A program made the translations under genes and the position numbers. DNA of 63,093 nt, the filler included. It is 9 parts of 9 records of this genome, joined end to end, with 100 filler letters (N's around TTAATTAATTAA, not from the genome) between each part and the next. Parts side by side here need not be neighbours in the genome. Positions count along the whole stretch, not along the records: positions 8,486 to 14,132 come from SRR31147125_62053; positions 14,233 to 23,425 come from SRR31147125_62054; 7 more parts are not named here. One strand, 5' to 3'. The notes beneath the pieces are model-generated. The model did not search any database, was not told the origin of the DNA, and saw only the letters and a list, made by a program, of their open reading frames with translations. Shown here in pieces: positions 9,519-20,332 of this stretch (positions are counted from its first letter, which is position 1; each line of letters opens with the position of its first letter).

Positions 9519-9989
9519 TTGTTGAACGACAAACAAAAAAGGTCTCCTTTAAAAAAGATGCTTTCATTAACCACTGAAAGCGATAAGGAGACTTTTGAAT
9601 TTGGGAAAAAATTTGCAGCACAACTAACAGCCGGCAGCGTTGTGGCTTTTTACGGTAATTTGGGTAGTGGCAAGACGACGTGCATTCGCGGGCTATGTTC
9701 AGGGCTTGAATCACAGGAAATTGTCACAAGCCCCACGTTTACAATTATAAATGAATATCAAGGCAAAATTCCCATATACCACTTTGATTTTTATCGGCTC
9801 AGTTCTTATGACGAGTTACATGATCTTGGCTTTGAGGAATACCTGTACGGTGAAGGTGTTTGTTTAATAGAATGGCCGGAGATTGTCGAGGATAATCTTC
9901 CAGCAAATCGACATGAAATCCATTTAGCCTGGCGAATCGAAAACGGATGGGAATTTCGCAGAGAGATTGAATTATATCAACCAGTCTAG
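9519..9989 (+). CDS. tsaE: tRNA threonylcarbamoyladenosine biosynthesis ATPase
   Basis: GNLGSGKTT P-loop, VTSPTFTI, HFDFYRL, LIEW. Confidence 0.95.
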   Translation: MLNDKQKRSPLKKMLSLTTESDKETFEFGKKFAAQLTAGSVVAFYGNLGSGKTTCIRGLCSGLESQEIVTSPTFTIINEYQGKIPIYHFDFYRLSSYDELHDLGFEEYLYGEGVCLIEWPEIVEDNLPANRHEIHLAWRIENGWEFRREIELYQPV

Positions 9990-10089
9990 TTTTTGGTCAC
10001 TCTGGTTCTCAGGTATAAGAGCACGACAGGATCTTTTGAATTTTAGACACTCACTCTTGATTATATATTTAGTTCGGGAAAATGAAAAA

Positions 10090-10803
10090 GTGATTATATT
10101 AGGTATAGAAACATCTACACAAATTTGTTCAGCAGCCCTGGTTCAAAAGGATAAACTTTTATCAGAGTATCGATTGAATATAAAAAATATTCATGCAAAA
10201 AAGTTAGCAGAAATGATCGATTTTCTGTGGCAGGATACAGGGATGGATGCCAGTCAATTAGATGGCATTGCCGTATCCATTGGGCCGGGCTCTTTTACCG
10301 GCCTGCGAATAGGGCTGTCCATGGCAAAGGGCATAGCCTTGTCACATGCCATCCCCATAACAGCTGTTGGAACACTTGCCGGGATGGCAGAACAAGCTCC
10401 CATAAAGGATGGCATTATTTGTCCGATGATTCGTTCGAGAGCGGATGAATATTATGCGGCTCTGTTTCAACGCACTCATTTTCAAAATAAAATCATGCAT
10501 GATGTTACGGTACTGACAACTGCTGAATTGGGCACTTTTGCGCAACCCGGTAGTCTGATTTTAGTAAACCAGGACCATAAAGCACAATTATCAGAGTCAT
10601 GCAAGGACTATATTTGGGCTCCGCACGACTTTTGTTATGCCAGTGCTTATTCTATCGCCCAATTGGGGTACAGGCAATTGAGCGCCGGACAAACTGAGGA
10701 CGTTGGCACAATGGAACCTTTATACTACCAGGAGTTTATTGCAGGTAAACCCAAGTCACTTAATTTACTATCAAGAGATGAAACAAACAAAAAAGAAAGT
10801 TAA
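10090..10803 (+). CDS. tsaB: t6A biosynthesis protein TsaB
   Basis: ILGIETST, IAVSIGPGSFTGLRIG, EPLY; start placed at GTG 10090. Confidence 0.95.
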   Translation: MIILGIETSTQICSAALVQKDKLLSEYRLNIKNIHAKKLAEMIDFLWQDTGMDASQLDGIAVSIGPGSFTGLRIGLSMAKGIALSHAIPITAVGTLAGMAEQAPIKDGIICPMIRSRADEYYAALFQRTHFQNKIMHDVTVLTTAELGTFAQPGSLILVNQDHKAQLSESCKDYIWAPHDFCYASAYSIAQLGYRQLSAGQTEDVGTMEPLYYQEFIAGKPKSLNLLSRDETNKKES

Positions 10804-11326
10804 TCCTGGCGAGTTTTATGAGGATCCAAAGGATTCCGGTTACTTTCGATTGCGGCCGATGCGAATCAAAGATGTCGATACAGTTTGCACACTGGAATCG
10901 GACATATTTCCATCTCCCTGGTCTAAGAATACTTTTGAAACGGAATTACTAACAAATACCTTTTCAGAATCATGGATTGTGGAAAAAGAAAATCACATTG
11001 TTGGCTATGTTGTTATCTGGACAGTTTTAGACGAAATCCATATTGCCAATATCGCTGTTTCGCTGGAATACCGGGGACGTGGTATCGCATATTGGATAGT
11101 GCAAAAATTGTTAAATGACGCCTGTCAAAATGGTGCCACGAGATGTGACCTGGAAGTGCGCAAATCAAACAAGGCAGCAATAAATTTGTACAAAAAATTA
11201 AATTTTGAAATCGTAGGTCTGCGAAAAAACTATTATCAATCGGAACATGAAGACGCCCTGCTCATGAGCTGCGATTTAACAAAACGAATACAAAAAATGG
11301 ATATACTACCCAATGGCTTGGTTTAA
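10778..11326 (+). CDS. rimI: Ribosomal protein S18 alanine N-acetyltransferase
   Basis: FPSPWS, HIANIAV...RGRG, LEVRKSN..AINLY..LNF...GLRKNYY...EDA. Confidence 0.93.
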   Translation: MKQTKKKVNPGEFYEDPKDSGYFRLRPMRIKDVDTVCTLESDIFPSPWSKNTFETELLTNTFSESWIVEKENHIVGYVVIWTVLDEIHIANIAVSLEYRGRGIAYWIVQKLLNDACQNGATRCDLEVRKSNKAAINLYKKLNFEIVGLRKNYYQSEHEDALLMSCDLTKRIQKMDILPNGLV

Positions 11327-12170
11327 ACGTGTAAAAACCGGATTATTACCTCAGGTTAAGAAAGAACTGCCTGATGGCTTGTGGATCAAATGTGATACAT
11401 GTTCAGAAATCCTATATAAAAAAGAGTTGGATAAAAACCTGTCAGTCTGTACAAAATGTGGACACCATTTCCGGATAAGCAGTGATAATTATATTCGATT
11501 ATTGACGGATGAAGGCAGTTTTAAAGAGTTTAATACCCGGATAAAATCGACGGATCCACTTAAATTTCGTGATTCTAAAAAATATTCTGACAGGCTAAAA
11601 ACGGCAATTGACAAAACCGGATTGCAGGAAGCCATCCGGACGGGCACATGTACGCTCGAATCCATGCCTATTGTTCTTTGTGTCATGGATTTCCGTTTTA
11701 TTGGTGGTAGCATGGGATCGGTTGTCGGCGAAAAGATCTCGCGTGCTATTGATGTCGCAATTGAGAAAAAAACAGGTCTTATTATCGTATCAGCTTCGGG
11801 TGGTGCACGAATGCAGGAAGCGGCTCTTTCGCTTATGCAAATGGCAAAAACATCTGCCAAATTAACCATGTTATCAGATGCAAAATTACCTTATATATCC
11901 ATTTTAACCCATCCAACAACCGGTGGTGTTTCAGCCAGTTTTTCCATGCTTGGAGATGTTATCCTGGCTGAACCTGGGGCTCTCATAGGATTTGCAGGAG
12001 AACGAGTCATTAAACAAACGATCGGACAAGATTTGCCTGATGGCTTTCAAAGGTCAGAATTTCTTCTTGAGCATGGATTTATTGACTCTATTGTACATCG
12101 AGTGGACATGAAGCACACGCTCTATCAGATTTTGACTTTCTTTATGGATAAACCTGAAAGAACAAATTAA
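11313..12170 (+). CDS. accD: Acetyl-CoA carboxylase carboxyltransferase beta subunit
   Basis: LWIKC..C...C..C zinc finger, GGSMG, SGGARMQE, PTTGGVSASF, GFAG.RVI. Confidence 0.97.
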   Translation: MAWFKRVKTGLLPQVKKELPDGLWIKCDTCSEILYKKELDKNLSVCTKCGHHFRISSDNYIRLLTDEGSFKEFNTRIKSTDPLKFRDSKKYSDRLKTAIDKTGLQEAIRTGTCTLESMPIVLCVMDFRFIGGSMGSVVGEKISRAIDVAIEKKTGLIIVSASGGARMQEAALSLMQMAKTSAKLTMLSDAKLPYISILTHPTTGGVSASFSMLGDVILAEPGALIGFAGERVIKQTIGQDLPDGFQRSEFLLEHGFIDSIVHRVDMKHTLYQILTFFMDKPERTN

Positions 12171-12197
12171 TCAATCACCTAACAAAAGTAACTCATT

Positions 12198-12962
12198 GTG
12201 AAAATACTACTTACAAATGATGATGGTATTAATGCACCGGGGCTGACTGCATTAGCCAAGGAAATATCAACATTTGCGGATGTAACGATAGTTGCACCAG
12301 CAACAGAAATGAGTGCCGTGGGCCATGCAATTACACTCAGTGATCCTCTTCGTGTGACGGATTATTATAAAAACGGTCAGTTTTTTGGGCATGCCGTCAA
12401 CGGTACTCCAGCGGATTGTGTCAAGATTGCGTTTTGGGCTCTTTTCAAGGACGTTAAAAAACCAGATCTTTTAATTTCCGGTATAAATCTTGGTTCGAAT
12501 ACTGGTATTAATACCATTTATTCGGGTACTGTTTCAGCTGCGACAGAAGGCGCGATTATTGGCATCCCTTCTTTTGCTGTCTCTTTAGCTACTTATACCA
12601 ATCCGGATTTCTCAACAGCATCGCAATTTGCCGGGAAACTGGCCAAAACTCTGATAAATAAACCTCTTCCTAATAGAGTTTATTTGAATGTCAATGTGCC
12701 AAACGTGCCCAGAGAGGACATTAAAGGCGTGCAAATAACACGACAGGGAATGGCCAATTATATTGAAGAATTTCAGATGCGTAAAGATCCACATCAAAGA
12801 AACTATTATTGGTTATCTGGTGAAAAAGTGGAAATTGAAAAAGATAAAAACGTAGATGATCGAGCTATATTGGAAAATAAAATTTCGATTACTCCAGTAC
12901 ATTATGATTTGACCTATTACCCCATATTAAACGAATTAAAACAATGGAACATAGACCTTTAA
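12198..12962 (+). CDS. surE: 5'/3'-nucleotidase SurE
   Basis: ILLTNDDG, GTPADCV, SGINLG.N, YSGTVSAA.EG. Confidence 0.97.
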   Translation: MKILLTNDDGINAPGLTALAKEISTFADVTIVAPATEMSAVGHAITLSDPLRVTDYYKNGQFFGHAVNGTPADCVKIAFWALFKDVKKPDLLISGINLGSNTGINTIYSGTVSAATEGAIIGIPSFAVSLATYTNPDFSTASQFAGKLAKTLINKPLPNRVYLNVNVPNVPREDIKGVQITRQGMANYIEEFQMRKDPHQRNYYWLSGEKVEIEKDKNVDDRAILENKISITPVHYDLTYYPILNELKQWNIDL

Positions 12963-12977
12963 AAAGATAGCATTACT

Positions 12978-14132
12978 ATGATACATGAAGAACACATTCT
13001 CATACTGGATTTCGGCTCTCAATACACTCAGCTCATCGCGCGAAGAATTCGTGAATTGGGCGTTTATTCAGAAATCAAGCCTTATTCAATTGATATCGAA
13101 GAAATAAAAAAACTGAATCCCAAGGGAATCATATTGTCCGGTGGCCCTTCGTCTGTTTACGCTAAAGATGCTCCCCTGCCATCGCTTGATATCTTTGATT
13201 TAAATATTCCCATACTTGGCATTTGTTATGGACTTCAAGTTATTGGTCATTTACTTGGCGGAGAGGTCGATAGTGCGGTACACCGGGAATACGGCCGTGC
13301 TGAATTGAATGTTGATGACACTACAGACTTGTTCAATAATCTTGGTACCAACCTGCAAGTATGGATGAGCCATGGAGATCATCTGACTAAAATCCCGCCT
13401 GGCTTTGAGGTTATTGCACACACATATAACGCGCCGGTTGCATCCATACGCAATAAAAGCAGAAATCTATATGGAATCCAATTTCATCCGGAAGTTATCC
13501 ATACACCTGATGGCACAGAAATATTAAAAAACTTTGTTTTCAAAATTTGTCATTGCAAAGGGGATTGGAATACTTCTTCTTTTATTGATACAACCGTAGC
13601 CGAAATACGAAATAAGATTGGTTCGGAACATGTTATTTGTGGATTGAGTGGAGGTGTTGACTCTACAGTTGCTGCCTATCTGGTCGGCAAAGCCATTGGG
13701 GCTCAGCTCACGTGTATTTTTGTCAATAATGGATTATTACGGGAAGGCGAAGCCGAAGAAGTTTGTAACTTTTATAAAGACGCGGATTTTGATTTCATAT
13801 ATGTCGATGGGAAAGAGCAATTTCTCTCGAATCTGAAGGGTATTGTCGATCCGGAACAGAAACGCAAAATCATTGGTAACCATTTCATTCAGGTTTTTGA
13901 ACAAAAGGCTTTGACTCTCGGTGACATCAAATTTCTCGTTCAAGGGACGCTCTATCCGGATGTTATTGAGAGTGTTTCCACGAAAGGACCTTCTGCCACG
14001 ATAAAAACTCATCATAATGTGGGTGGTTTGCCGGAAAAAATGGGGTTCAGTCTGATAGAACCATTACGAGAACTCTTTAAGGACGAAGTAAGAAAAGTTG
14101 GAAAAAATCTGGGGATACCAGATTTCATCATT
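12978..14132 (+). CDS. guaA: GMP synthase (glutamine-hydrolysing), 3' truncated
   Basis: [44 protein letters not shown]. Confidence 0.98.
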
Positions 14133-14232
14133 NNNNNNNNNNNNNNNNNNNNNNNNNNNNNNNNNNNNNNNNNNNNTTAATTAATTAANNNNNNNNNNNN
14201 NNNNNNNNNNNNNNNNNNNNNNNNNNNNNNNN
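14133..14232. other. Artificial contig spacer
   Basis: N44-TTAATTAATTAA-N44. Confidence 0.99.
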
Positions 14233-14234
14233 TT

Positions 14235-15791
14235 TTAAACTATTTTTATATAAAATGGAATTTATCGAGACCGCAATTATCAAGCGTTGAAGACGGTCGT
14301 TATTTCCATGGAAGATTATATTATGATCCACAGTCCGGCTGGATACCAAGAAGTAATGGCGTTGAAGATGATGCTTCCGGATACAGGATGTATGGAGCGG
14401 ATCTGACCTGGGATGATTCATGGAATCGGCGTTTTGTATACAATTTTTCAATGACAAATCAATTTAATGCAGCTCATGAATTAAAATTTGGAACAAATGT
14501 TAATTACGATGTTTTGCGGGAAGACAGGTTGTTTTGGAATAATGAAGATCCTGCCCGTGAATTTATACGTGAATATAAAGTAAATCCTTTTGAAATTGGT
14601 TCTTACATCCAGGATAAAATAGAATTCGAAGGGATGGTAGCCAACATTGGTTTGCGTTTTGATTATTTTAACACCAATTCGGATAGACCGGATGTAAATG
14701 CTATTCTTGATTATGCTTCCGATCGTGAAATCTGGGAAGCTGTAAAAAATAAAGATTATCCGACATCTCGAGCTAAACCCAAATATTATTTTAGTCCCCG
14801 GATAGGTATTTCTCACCCACTATCAGATAATAGTAAAGTTTATTTCAATTATGGTCATTTTGTCCAGACACCACCAACACGGGATTTATATATTGTCACT
14901 CTTGATGGAGAAAAACCGGCAATTCAGATGATGGGAAATCTTGATCTGGAATTTGAAAAGACCATAGCCTATGAATTAGGCTTTGATATGAGTATTAAAA
15001 ATAGTATGCAATTACATATTGGAGCCTTTTACAAAAATTACTCTAATATAGCTAGCCGAATGACTTCTGTCCATACCGATTTAAGCTTGTTTGTGGATTG
15101 GTTTGAGAATAATAATTATTCCGAAATTCGGGGAATAGAGATTGAATTACGAAAATCTGTTGGACGATTTATTACCGGATGGATAAATTATAATTATATT
15201 AAAAAGAATCAATCGGATTTATCTGTTCCGAATTTAAGTGACAATCCTATTGTTACAGATGATCCAACAGTGGGTCTTAATGGTATTATTTGGGGAGTGC
15301 CACCATCGGTAATTAAGGATATCAGCCCGAATGCCAGAGGCGTTATAACGTTACATGCTCCGGATGATTGGGGACCAACATTATCCGGATATTCATTATT
15401 AGGTAATACAAGCCTGAGTTTTCAAGTTTTTTATCAGGGTGGAGGATTAAAAGAACATCCACGTGCAAGTTTTCGCGATACCTATCCAAATGTGAGGTTT
15501 AAAGAACTGGGACGTTATTGGGCTGATGTACGTCTGTCTCGTCTGCTAATGCTCAAATCCGTAAATATTGAATTGTATATGGATATCAGCAATCTTTTTC
15601 ATACAAAGTTCAGATATTCTCCATCAGGGCGAAGCGGAGAGGATTATTATGATGATTTGTGGGCGTCCGGGCGTTTAAATGATGTAGGCACTGACAAACT
15701 AACGAATTCAAAAATATTACGTACTGAAAATGACGATGTGTGGTGGGGGAAAGTTAAAGTATTCAATTTTGGCATTAGAATTAACCTTTAA
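14235..15791 (+). CDS. TonB-dependent receptor, C-terminal barrel (5' truncated)
   Basis: Frame open from the contig edge; YIQDKIEF.GMVAN.GLRFDYF, SPRIGISHP, FNYGHF.Q, GN.DL..EKTIAYELG; C-terminal beta signal. Confidence 0.88.
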   Translation, partial: LNYFYIKWNLSRPQLSSVEDGRYFHGRLYYDPQSGWIPRSNGVEDDASGYRMYGADLTWDDSWNRRFVYNFSMTNQFNAAHELKFGTNVNYDVLREDRLFWNNEDPAREFIREYKVNPFEIGSYIQDKIEFEGMVANIGLRFDYFNTNSDRPDVNAILDYASDREIWEAVKNKDYPTSRAKPKYYFSPRIGISHPLSDNSKVYFNYGHFVQTPPTRDLYIVTLDGEKPAIQMMGNLDLEFEKTIAYELGFDMSIKNSMQLHIGAFYKNYSNIASRMTSVHTDLSLFVDWFENNNYSEIRGIEIELRKSVGRFITGWINYNYIKKNQSDLSVPNLSDNPIVTDDPTVGLNGIIWGVPPSVIKDISPNARGVITLHAPDDWGPTLSGYSLLGNTSLSFQVFYQGGGLKEHPRASFRDTYPNVRFKELGRYWADVRLSRLLMLKSVNIELYMDISNLFHTKFRYSPSGRSGEDYYDDLWASGRLNDVGTDKLTNSKILRTENDDVWWGKVKVFNFGIRINL

Positions 15792-15813
15792 TATGTCATG
15801 GAAAGGTTCTTCG

Positions 15814-17916
15814 ATGAATATGAAAAAGATAAAACTGTCCTTATTTCCTTTCCTTATAATCATTTTATTAAGTGATGTTTATAGTCAATACAGGCATCAT
15901 CAAATAGGTCGATTATGGCAAACGATGTTTCCGGTTGGTAGCATTCCGGCTTATTCTCCCTTACATACGGCAATGAACTATCCTGGTGGTGATTTTTATT
16001 TGGGAAAAAGGAAAAATATGAATGGAACCGGTGTCTGGATTGGTGTAAAGGACTGGACCAATAAATTTAATCAGTTCAAACCCGTTTATGTTTCAGAAGG
16101 CGGCTATCTCAACCATGAAGCCGCAGATATACTGGAACCTATCTCAACCAGAAAATGGGTACGTCAAAGACTGCCACTGGTAAGTGTAAACAATGAACCC
16201 GAAAAACGGTATTATGACACTCGCGAAAACAGCACCCGTAAAACCAGCCTGGAATCTGATGAAAAGATTGTTACGGTCTGGGCTACTGATGTTGGGATAG
16301 AAGTAACCCGTACCAGTTATGCTTTTGCTAATCGCCGGCATGACAGTTATATTATTCAGGAATATGTATTTAAAAATACCGGTAATATTGATGCGACTAC
16401 AGGTACAATTGAACTACCCGCTCAGGATTTGAAAGGTGTTTATTTTGGATATTGGCGTAAATTTGTACCTTCTTTGGATGATGGTCATGAGCAAATGGGT
16501 GGTGAACATGATGAGTGGTGCCATTACTATGGAAACCAACCAGGTGATACGCTGAGAGGTTTTTGGTATGTATATGATGGCGACAATGAATATAAAAATT
16601 TTGATGATACTGGTGATCCATCCGAGACAACTGGTGAATTTTTAGCGCCCCAATATGTTGCGTATGGTGTGCTCCATGCAGATGTGGATTATTTAAATAA
16701 AACTGATGATATAAATCAACCGGCAACTGTTAACTTTTGGCCGGCAAATCAGGTACATTCCCATACAAAGGGCGATCCCGAAGCAACGCTTTATTCTGAT
16801 TTGAGCAGTGGTATTCAAAGTCAGGGCTCGGATGCTGAAAATTATGGACAACCCAATGATCCTCAAATACAGGATCCGCAATTACTTTTGTCCTTTGGTC
16901 CTTATGATATTCCATTTGGCCAGGAGATTCGTATTGTCTTGTTCGAGGCTGTAGGATCCGTTGATCGTCGACTGGCGATTGAATATGGTCGTGAATGGAA
17001 GCAGGGTACATTCAATTGGAATGATTTGACAGGTGATGATGCGAAAAACGCGTTTATTGCAACAGGAAAGGATTCCTTACATCACATTGTTAGACGAGCA
17101 GAGTGGACATGGGAAAATGGTATTACCGCTGTTCCGGATGGCCCTGAATCACCTCACCTTCGAATTTCCGCTGGCCCTGCAAAAGTAGAGTTGGAATGGT
17201 ATTATGGCAACTATGGGTATCATGATGTGGAGCCTGCAAAATCAGATTTTGATACGGGAGAATATGATTTTACAGGATACCGGGTGTATCGTGCTGAGGA
17301 AACCTATAACAACGTTTATTATAAAATTTGGGAGTGTGGTGGTGAAACAGGTATTCCTGTCACGAATACCTATATTGATCGTGATGTTAACAGGGGTAAA
17401 AGTTATTATTATTATGTGGTCGCATATGATGACGGAAACCAAAATACAAGTGATTTATTTCCTGGTTATTCTGTCGAATCGAGCCATTTTAGCAATCGAA
17501 ATTTTTTGTATGCCGGTGTTCCTTTTGAGGGAGCCCGCGCTCAATTGGATTCTGTTTATGTTGTCCCCAATCCATTTCATTTTCAAGGATTAGCATATGG
17601 TGGTACATTGACTCATGATTATTTATATGATCCAATGAGTGGTGCACGTCCTGAAGACCGTATTACTTTTGTTGGATTACCTGCAGAAGCAGAAATTCGG
17701 ATTTTTACAGCACACGGTGATTTATTAAAAACGCTTGAACATCCAAATCCGGATAATCCACAATCTGTTTCAGAGTCAGCTGATGAAATGTGGTTTCAAA
17801 TTACAGACAGTTGGCAAACTATTAAAAGCGGCGTTTATTTTTATCATGTTAAGGGTTGGGATATAAATGGTGAATATATTGGCGAAACTGTAGGCAAGTT
17901 TGTAATTGTTCGCTAA
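15814..17916 (+). CDS. Secreted TBDR-associated protein with FN3-like module and C-terminal VVPNP...IRIFT..G.L Ig-like sorting domain
   Basis: Signal peptide; GYRVYR...YID..V..G..YYY.V.AYD FN3-like segment; C-terminal V.VVPNP...LP....I.IFT..G...SGVYFY...KFVIVR. Confidence 0.75.
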   Translation: MNMKKIKLSLFPFLIIILLSDVYSQYRHHQIGRLWQTMFPVGSIPAYSPLHTAMNYPGGDFYLGKRKNMNGTGVWIGVKDWTNKFNQFKPVYVSEGGYLNHEAADILEPISTRKWVRQRLPLVSVNNEPEKRYYDTRENSTRKTSLESDEKIVTVWATDVGIEVTRTSYAFANRRHDSYIIQEYVFKNTGNIDATTGTIELPAQDLKGVYFGYWRKFVPSLDDGHEQMGGEHDEWCHYYGNQPGDTLRGFWYVYDGDNEYKNFDDTGDPSETTGEFLAPQYVAYGVLHADVDYLNKTDDINQPATVNFWPANQVHSHTKGDPEATLYSDLSSGIQSQGSDAENYGQPNDPQIQDPQLLLSFGPYDIPFGQEIRIVLFEAVGSVDRRLAIEYGREWKQGTFNWNDLTGDDAKNAFIATGKDSLHHIVRRAEWTWENGITAVPDGPESPHLRISAGPAKVELEWYYGNYGYHDVEPAKSDFDTGEYDFTGYRVYRAEETYNNVYYKIWECGGETGIPVTNTYIDRDVNRGKSYYYYVVAYDDGNQNTSDLFPGYSVESSHFSNRNFLYAGVPFEGARAQLDSVYVVPNPFHFQGLAYGGTLTHDYLYDPMSGARPEDRITFVGLPAEAEIRIFTAHGDLLKTLEHPNPDNPQSVSESADEMWFQITDSWQTIKSGVYFYHVKGWDINGEYIGETVGKFVIVR

Positions 17917-17928
17917 ACGGAGAATATT

Positions 17929-18966
17929 ATGATACTTTGGCTAAAATATTTGATTTTAATAATAGTTCAATTATCATTAGTTGGAACATCTTTTGCGAAT
18001 AAGAAAAAAGTTGGCCAGAGCGGTATGACTTATCTTGCCATAAGTATGTGCTCCCGCGAAAATGCCATGGGTGATGCCGCTACTGCAACTGTGAAGGGAA
18101 TTAATGGAATATGGCATAATCCTTCTACTATTGCCGATATTGATCGATTTGCCGTTTCTCTTAATCAAGTAAGCTGGTTAGTGGATACGCAATTATCCGG
18201 AGCTGCTATAGCATTTTCTTTTGGCAATTGGGGAACAATTGGTTTTGATTTAACATATATGGATTTTGGTGATATTGCAGGAACGCAACCTGTTGATAAA
18301 TCTATCAATCCTCGTGGATTTATCTTATCCGGCAACGTTGATGTTGAAGATTATGCATATGGTTTTTCATATGCAAGACGCATTAATAATAAATTTACTC
18401 TTGGTTTTAAGATAAAACGAGTACATGAGAGTTTAGGGGATGCCTATTACGTTGTCGATGAATATGATGATCCTGATACCGGTGAAAAAATCAGAACCCG
18501 TGAGTTAAAAAAATGGCAGCTTGACGATTGGGGGCTGGACTTTGGAACAGTCTATAATACTGGTTGGAAAAATCTTTCATTTGCCATGACATTGCAGAAT
18601 TTCTCACGCGATATGAAATATTTTTATGATGAATTCCAATTACCTATGACACTGAGGATGGGATTGGCAATGGATATATCAGACTTGATTTTACCGACTT
18701 TTAATGATGTTTCGATGCTTGTTGCACTCGACGCAAGTCATCCAAACGACTATACGGAACGTGTACATATGGGATATGAGTTGGTTTATATGGAGAAATT
18801 TGCTCTTCGGACCGGTTATAAATTTAATCATGATGTAGAATCGTTAACGTTAGGATTCGGAATAAATTTTAATTTTTCAGGTATTGAAGCAGTCATTGAT
18901 TATGCTTATACAAGTGCGCATTATTTTAAAGATATAAGTCGCTTCTCTCTAAGTTTTCTGTTTTAA
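17929..18966 (+). CDS. PorV/PorQ-family (UPF0164-like) outer-membrane beta-barrel
   Basis: K.GQSG..YL.I....R..AMG.A, WHNP, LP..LR.G, LRTGY, DYAY; C-terminal F. Confidence 0.85.
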   Translation: MILWLKYLILIIVQLSLVGTSFANKKKVGQSGMTYLAISMCSRENAMGDAATATVKGINGIWHNPSTIADIDRFAVSLNQVSWLVDTQLSGAAIAFSFGNWGTIGFDLTYMDFGDIAGTQPVDKSINPRGFILSGNVDVEDYAYGFSYARRINNKFTLGFKIKRVHESLGDAYYVVDEYDDPDTGEKIRTRELKKWQLDDWGLDFGTVYNTGWKNLSFAMTLQNFSRDMKYFYDEFQLPMTLRMGLAMDISDLILPTFNDVSMLVALDASHPNDYTERVHMGYELVYMEKFALRTGYKFNHDVESLTLGFGINFNFSGIEAVIDYAYTSAHYFKDISRFSLSFLF

Positions 18967-19042
18967 CAAGAGTACAAATATTCATATACAAATGAGAAAC
19001 AACTAAATCATCAATTCTACATCAAACTAAGGGAGGTACAAC

Positions 19043-20179
19043 ATGTTAAGAATGCAAAGAGCATTTAAAGCACTCATTTTTCTGGTTGTGATGTTGACTG
19101 CAGTGGTAAACGCCCAGGACTATCAGGTTCTTTGGGAGGACCATTTTGAAGATGATGATCCTCTTGCTTTAAAGGATGTAGGGTGGATCTATTATGGTGA
19201 GAATTTAGGATTTGTTGGTCAGACTATAAAACAGGAAGACGGTAAGCTTTTTGTAGAAGCTGGCTCCTATGCGGGATTACTTGGGGCTGCGCTTGTAGAA
19301 ACAAATGGCGTTCCGGAAATTGATTATGAAGATGAGGCTAAAACAAAATCTCTTCTGGTAGCCAACAATTATAGCGATCCTAACCAGATTATTACATTTA
19401 AAATAAATTTTCAAAGATTTACAACTTCTGCTTTTATTATGGCAAGCCGTCTGGTCCAAATAGATACATCATCTGCATTTCCGGATGCCGATCCAACTGT
19501 ATCTCCCGGGTACGTATTATTTATCAGTCCTCTGGAAAAAGTAGTTCGTCTCGGTAGATACGATGCTGAATTGGCTATAACAGATCCAACTGGATGGACT
19601 TATTTTGGGGAAGGCAATTATGATTTTGAACTAGGTGTATTCTATTGGATTCAGTATTATTTAATAGGTGGTGACTTTAAAGTGAGAATCTGGGAAGGGG
19701 AACTTTCGGATGAATCGTCTACGGAATGGCTTGTTGAAGGTGTGGATCCGGAGCCCCGAGTAACAGGGAAATTTACTTTATTAGGTATATTATCGACAGT
19801 TCCATTTCAACCGGGAGAAGGTGATAATATACTTGTCGATGATTTTATTTTTTCATCTCCGGGCGCAACATCTGTTGATGCTTCCGCTATTTCCGCACCT
19901 TCTACATTTATGTTGGAGCAGAATTTTCCGAATCCTTTTAATCCAACGACGACAATTTCATTTTCTCTTTCAAAAAAGAATCCAACCCGGTTGAGTATTT
20001 ATAATTCTATGGGCCAACACGTTCGAACTTTGGTGGATGAAAATTTAAATGTTGGATATTATCACGTCACATGGGATGGAAATGATGATGCCAATAATCC
20101 TGTTGCCGGAGGTTTATATTTTTATAAATTATCTAGTGGTAACTATTCCGATTTTAAAAAATTAGTGCTTGTTAAATAG
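19043..20179 (+). CDS. Secreted protein with T9SS type-A / FlgD-Ig C-terminal domain
   Basis: Signal peptide; C-terminal L.QNFPNPFNP.TTI.F...L.IYN..GQ.V..L.....G...V.WDG....GG.YFYKL......KKL.LVK. Confidence 0.85.
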   Translation: MLRMQRAFKALIFLVVMLTAVVNAQDYQVLWEDHFEDDDPLALKDVGWIYYGENLGFVGQTIKQEDGKLFVEAGSYAGLLGAALVETNGVPEIDYEDEAKTKSLLVANNYSDPNQIITFKINFQRFTTSAFIMASRLVQIDTSSAFPDADPTVSPGYVLFISPLEKVVRLGRYDAELAITDPTGWTYFGEGNYDFELGVFYWIQYYLIGGDFKVRIWEGELSDESSTEWLVEGVDPEPRVTGKFTLLGILSTVPFQPGEGDNILVDDFIFSSPGATSVDASAISAPSTFMLEQNFPNPFNPTTTISFSLSKKNPTRLSIYNSMGQHVRTLVDENLNVGYYHVTWDGNDDANNPVAGGLYFYKLSSGNYSDFKKLVLVK

Positions 20180-20213
20180 TATTATTATACTGACATTTAC
20201 TTTTCTCATATTG

Positions 20214-20246
20214 TATAAAAATGGGCCATTAAGGCCCATTTTTATA
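20214..20246. terminator. Intrinsic terminator
   Basis: TATAAAAATGGGCC-ATTAA-GGCCCATTTTTATA perfect inverted repeat. Confidence 0.85.
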
Positions 20247-20332
20247 GGTCTCAAAAAAGGATACGCGCTCAAATACAAAGAATATTCATAAATTTTATAA
20301 ATATAACTCTATTAATTGTATTTAGTAATTTC

